In this document: positions 60,281 to 64,000 of the stretch, piece by piece
Layout: every line of letters begins with the position of its first letter
Numbering within the stretch: position 1 is the stretch's first letter
Source: Squalus acanthias
Taxonomy: Eukaryota
Assembly (NCBI GenBank): GCA_030390025.1
Contig: CM059433.1
Location: 11,534,001-11,598,000, forward strand
Direction: 5' to 3'
DNA: 64,000 nucleotides
The notes under the pieces: model-generated
Databases searched by the model: none
What the model was told of the DNA's origin: nothing
Seen by the model: the letters and a program-made list of their open reading frames with translations, nothing else
Position numbers and translations under genes: made by a program

Positions 60281-62006
60281 CTGATAGGGTGAGATGAAGA
60301 GGGGTGGGAGGGGGCCCATGTGGAGCATAAACATGGACCAGTTGGGCCGAATGACCTGTTTCTGTGCTGTACATTCTATATGATTCTATGTAACCCGCCC
60401 AGCGCAAATGCACCAGGCAAACTGGGCTAAAATCCAAGCTTATAAAATAGTGAAAACAGATAGACGTACAAAGACATTTCCAAATTCTTGATTGTACTCC
60501 ATGGCCCGTGACTATTTAGGCACCAGTTTTTTTTCAGACATTCTGGGGATGTTTTACATTTTACAATACCCACCATGGCAACGCCGGACGCAAGAGGCAC
60601 CAGCACGTTACTCACTTGCAGCATTGTTATTGCAGGCAGGGTGAGTGATTTAATTTTTTTTTTAATGTGTTGGCCTTCTTCTTCAACTCTGCTGCTCCGG
60701 GTGTTGGGAGTCTGCTCAATGAAAAAGAAGTTGCAGAAATTTGCATCGAACAAAAACAGATGGTATCATTTCATTGTCATTCGTTGCTGGAAAAACAAAT
60801 ATAAAAAATGTTTCTCAGCATTATCTGATGTGGGCAGGTAATGCGGGCAAGTCGCTATTAATTTGTAGGTAGTCCTAATCATGACAGGAGCAAATAAATC
60901 TACCAATCACGTCGATTCCATGAGAGCATTTCCAAGCATTTGAAATGAATGATATTATCTGTAGATGGTGAATTATTGCGCGTAGGCTCCAAGCTAAAAA
61001 TAAATCACGTACTAAAAGGTATCGTCATCAACAATAAACTCTGAAATTTCTCAACAGTGACAATCCATTTAATCCAATGTAATCATGTGTGCTGCATAAG
61101 TTGCTATGTCAAAATATTCAAGAAATGCAGCATGTAGATTTCACTCGTTCCCCACAATTGCTGGTGATCCATTAATGGATATCAATACTCTTGTATATTG
61201 GTGACATGACAGATTCATTTTAACAGAAGCATGGCTGTGTGTCACCAGGTGCTAAAGTACAAAAGACAAAAGGGATTTCTATCAAGTCAAGATGGATTAA
61301 AAGGTGCATCTTGTAATGTTGTATTTCGGTATGATACTGTTCGAAGAGATAAATACTGCAAGTAAACAAAGCCCTGCCTGCACCTGGCATCGGTGATAAC
61401 TATATTGATGGACAATCCGTACAGACAGTCAATCTTAACCTCCATGTCCACGATTAGTTGGATTCTATCCTGATTGCATTGATCTGAGCTGAATCTGCTG
61501 TTCCTATCATTAATGTTTCCTTATCTCCAACCAGGGAATGTGTCATAAGAAATGCAATTTGTATGCTATCAGCAGACGTCTGTCTCAACTTTATTAACTT
61601 TCTAGTGTAAAGGATAGTATTTCAGATTGGGCTGCCCGGACACTGTGGGGGTAATTTGTAACTGCGGTTGGGAGTAAAACTGACAGTTGTGGATTGGCCG
61701 TCCGTTATACGCCCAACCTGATTTTCCTTTCCATTGAGGGCCGAAGTTAAAATCACCCCCAATTTCTTTCTAAAGGGGGGGGGGGAGGGGAGGAATTAAA
61801 TGAGATAATCCCCGAATATGGGTGCAGGGATTGTGATGCGAGAATAACCCGCGCCCGTTGACTGTACTGCAGGCAGGAAGCCAACTTCATGCTGCCCGCT
61901 CATTTCCATGATTTCAGTGTGCAGCCAGTGCTCCCCGCGCTGTTCACTGGCTGTACGGATTAGCAGGGGGTCCAATATCATGAGTGCCCAGCACTACTTA
62001 AAGCTA

Positions 62007-62439
62007 AAATAACAACAGAAAACGCTGGAAAAACTCAGCAGGCCAGGCAGCGTCCGTGGAGAGAGAAACAGAGTTAACGTTTCAGGTCGAAGACCTTTCA
62101 TCAGAACTGGAAAAAAGCAGGAAATGAAATAGATTTAAAGCAAGTATAATGCTGGGAAAAGGGGGAGGGGATGAAAGAACAAAAGGGAAGGTTGGTGATA
62201 GGATAGAAAGCGGGAGAGATTGAGAGACATTGAGAGACATTAAGAGATATTCAAGGCAAGAGGAGGTGGTAATGGGACAGGTTGAGGAACAAAGGATGGC
62301 TCTAGATGAAGTGTGAATTGCGCTGGCAGAATGAAGGACAGCTGCCATGTGGGAGGGAAGAAAAAAAGGCCAAACAAAAGGGTGGATAAAAAAATAAAAT
62401 AAAAATATATATATATGTGATGGGGGCCGGGGTTATGAT
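62007..62439 (-). mobile_element. Penelope-like element 3' UTR
   Basis: Reverse complement of ~11880-12249; 10-bp TSD CTTAAAGCTA at 61997-62006 and 62440-62449. Confidence 0.9.
62072..62108 (-). ncRNA. Minimal type I hammerhead ribozyme motif
   Basis: Minus strand AGTT-CTGATGA-A-AGGTC-TTC-GACCT-GAAA-CG-TT-AACT. Confidence 0.8.
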
Positions 62440-62460
62440 CTTAAAGCTAGCCTGCACCTC

Positions 62461-62570
62461 TTACATTACAACAGTGACTACACTTCAAAAGTGCTTCATT
62501 GGCTGTAAAGCGCTTTGGGACGTCCGGTGGTCGTGAAAGGCGCTATATAAATGCAAGTCTTTCTTTCTTA
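62461..62570 (+). mobile_element. Deu-SINE 3' fragment
   Basis: ACATTACAACAGTGACTACACTTCAAAA..GCTATATAAATGCAAGTCTTTC. Confidence 0.85.
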
Positions 62571-64000
62571 AAGGGGAGGTGCATTGTGGCTGCTGGTGGT
62601 GCCGAGATCATTCTGAATATTGTGCTGTGGAAGAATTTTCCACAGCTCACCAGGGGAGAGAGCTGTGCCAAGGTTTTCGGATGCTGCACTGAAGGTCTTT
62701 GGGGAAGAGGTGGAAAGAAGGAGAGATGTCCTGCATCCTCAGGGAGGCCAGAGGTCCTCCAGACACATGCTCAGAAGGCAGTGGTAACAGATAGCGGCAG
62801 AGGTCAATGTCAGGAGTGTAGCCCCAAGGACCTGGATGCAGTGCAGGAAGAAGTTTAATGATCTCACACGAGTTGTCAAGGTCAGTGAGTGCATCTTCAA
62901 ATGCCGTATCCTAACAACTGCACCACTAGCCTCATCCACTGCTCAATTCAATACAGCCCCATCATTCACCTACCAACAATCTCTATCTGTTGCAAACCTC
63001 GCACCCACATCTCACAGCTTGCACACACTTCCAGCTATTCAACCATGACAGCCACATCACCCAAACATATTGCACGACACTCACTGACACACTTACCTGT
63101 TTCTTGCAGGAGAAGGTGGCGCACAACAGGAGGCAGCAGGAATTAACGGGAGGGGAGAGATGACGCCTGCATGATTTAACCACCAAGGCGGAGACAGTGC
63201 TGGCCATTATGGGAAGGGCCATTGCCGAGGCCGAGGCCGTGGCCACCGGCAGGGCAGAAGCGATTGATGATGAGGGTATCCGCATACCTAATCCTCCTTC
63301 TCACATCCCACTTCTCCCTCATCCCTAACTCTCTTCTGACTTACAAGTCGCAGATGGTGTAAGCACGCACTTCTTGCTTCCTCCTCCCCCTCAGCACAAC
63401 CCAACCCTTGTCCACTTTTTCATTTCAGATGCTCAAGAACTGGAAGCTGCCGCAGCAGTGGAGGAGGAGCAGAAGACAGAGAAGATGAAGTGACACCATC
63501 ACTCGATTTCACAGTCGCAGCCACCAGCTCAGATACTGACACTGCTGTGTAATTTTGAGGATAGCTTAGAGGCGGGATCTGCATGTGGTGAGACACCGGG
63601 CACAAGTGCGCTGGAGCCAGGGCTGGGGGAAAGGATAGCGCAGGTGCCAGCTCACCAGAGGGCGAGGTCGCACACTAGTTCTGCTGCAGAGGACTCAGAT
63701 GAGGACTTCGATGGGCCAGGCGACAGAAGAAGGCTGATGGGTGTACACACCCAAATGCTTGGTGCACTGAGAAGCCTGCCGGAAAGCCTGCATTCAATGT
63801 CAAGGAGCATGGAGGAGCCGGGCACCAACTTGGGACAGGGCTTTGCACAGAGCTTGGAGCCATCCTTTCCAACATGGAACAGGTGGCCACCTCCATCAAC
63901 ACACCTGTGGAGCCAACCATGGTGCAGCGTCTGATGGCCGATGTCTTAGCTTCCATTGCAACACGAGCAGCATCCACCCAACGTCTGAGTGCTGCAGTGG

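Larger units (their letters stand above)
61790..64000 (+). pseudogene. Harbinger remnant with a spliced Myb/SANT gene (continues past the window end)
   Basis: PRFSDAAL..RTWMQCRKKFNDLTRVVK; intron 62881-63109 (GTCAGT..TTCTTGCAG); exon 2 EKVAHNRRQQELTGG; second acceptor CATTTCAG ending 63428. Confidence 0.85.

Overview
This is eukaryotic, repeat-dense, apparently intronic or intergenic DNA, most likely from a shark or other cartilaginous fish. That inference rests on HE1-type V-SINEs, Deu-domain SacSINE1-type SINEs and HER1-type CR1 LINEs. I found no convincing host protein-coding exon; every ORF I could recognise is transposon-derived. Three groups dominate. (1) PIF/Harbinger DNA transposons: one near-full-length decayed element at 3830-8656 with a convergent HARBI1-like transposase and a spliced Myb/SANT gene, three more Myb-bearing remnants, and more than 15 MITEs or deletion derivatives with GGG-NNN-RATTT-like ends and unusually variable 3-bp TSDs. 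(2) Non-LTR retroelements: CR1, a second CR1-group LINE, L2, RTE and tRNA-derived SINEs. (3) Neptune-type Penelope-like element 3' ends. Four of these carry a minimal type I hammerhead ribozyme, and one is a 100-bp TSD-flanked unit that is essentially ribozyme plus tail. Other signals are compensatory changes in MITE palindromes, promoter motifs plus splice donors inside MITEs, four unrelated retroelements inserted at a TTAAAG motif inside Harbinger elements, and a 228-bp solo LTR. Coordinates were read by eye. Boundaries supported by a TSD should be near-exact; the others are approximate.
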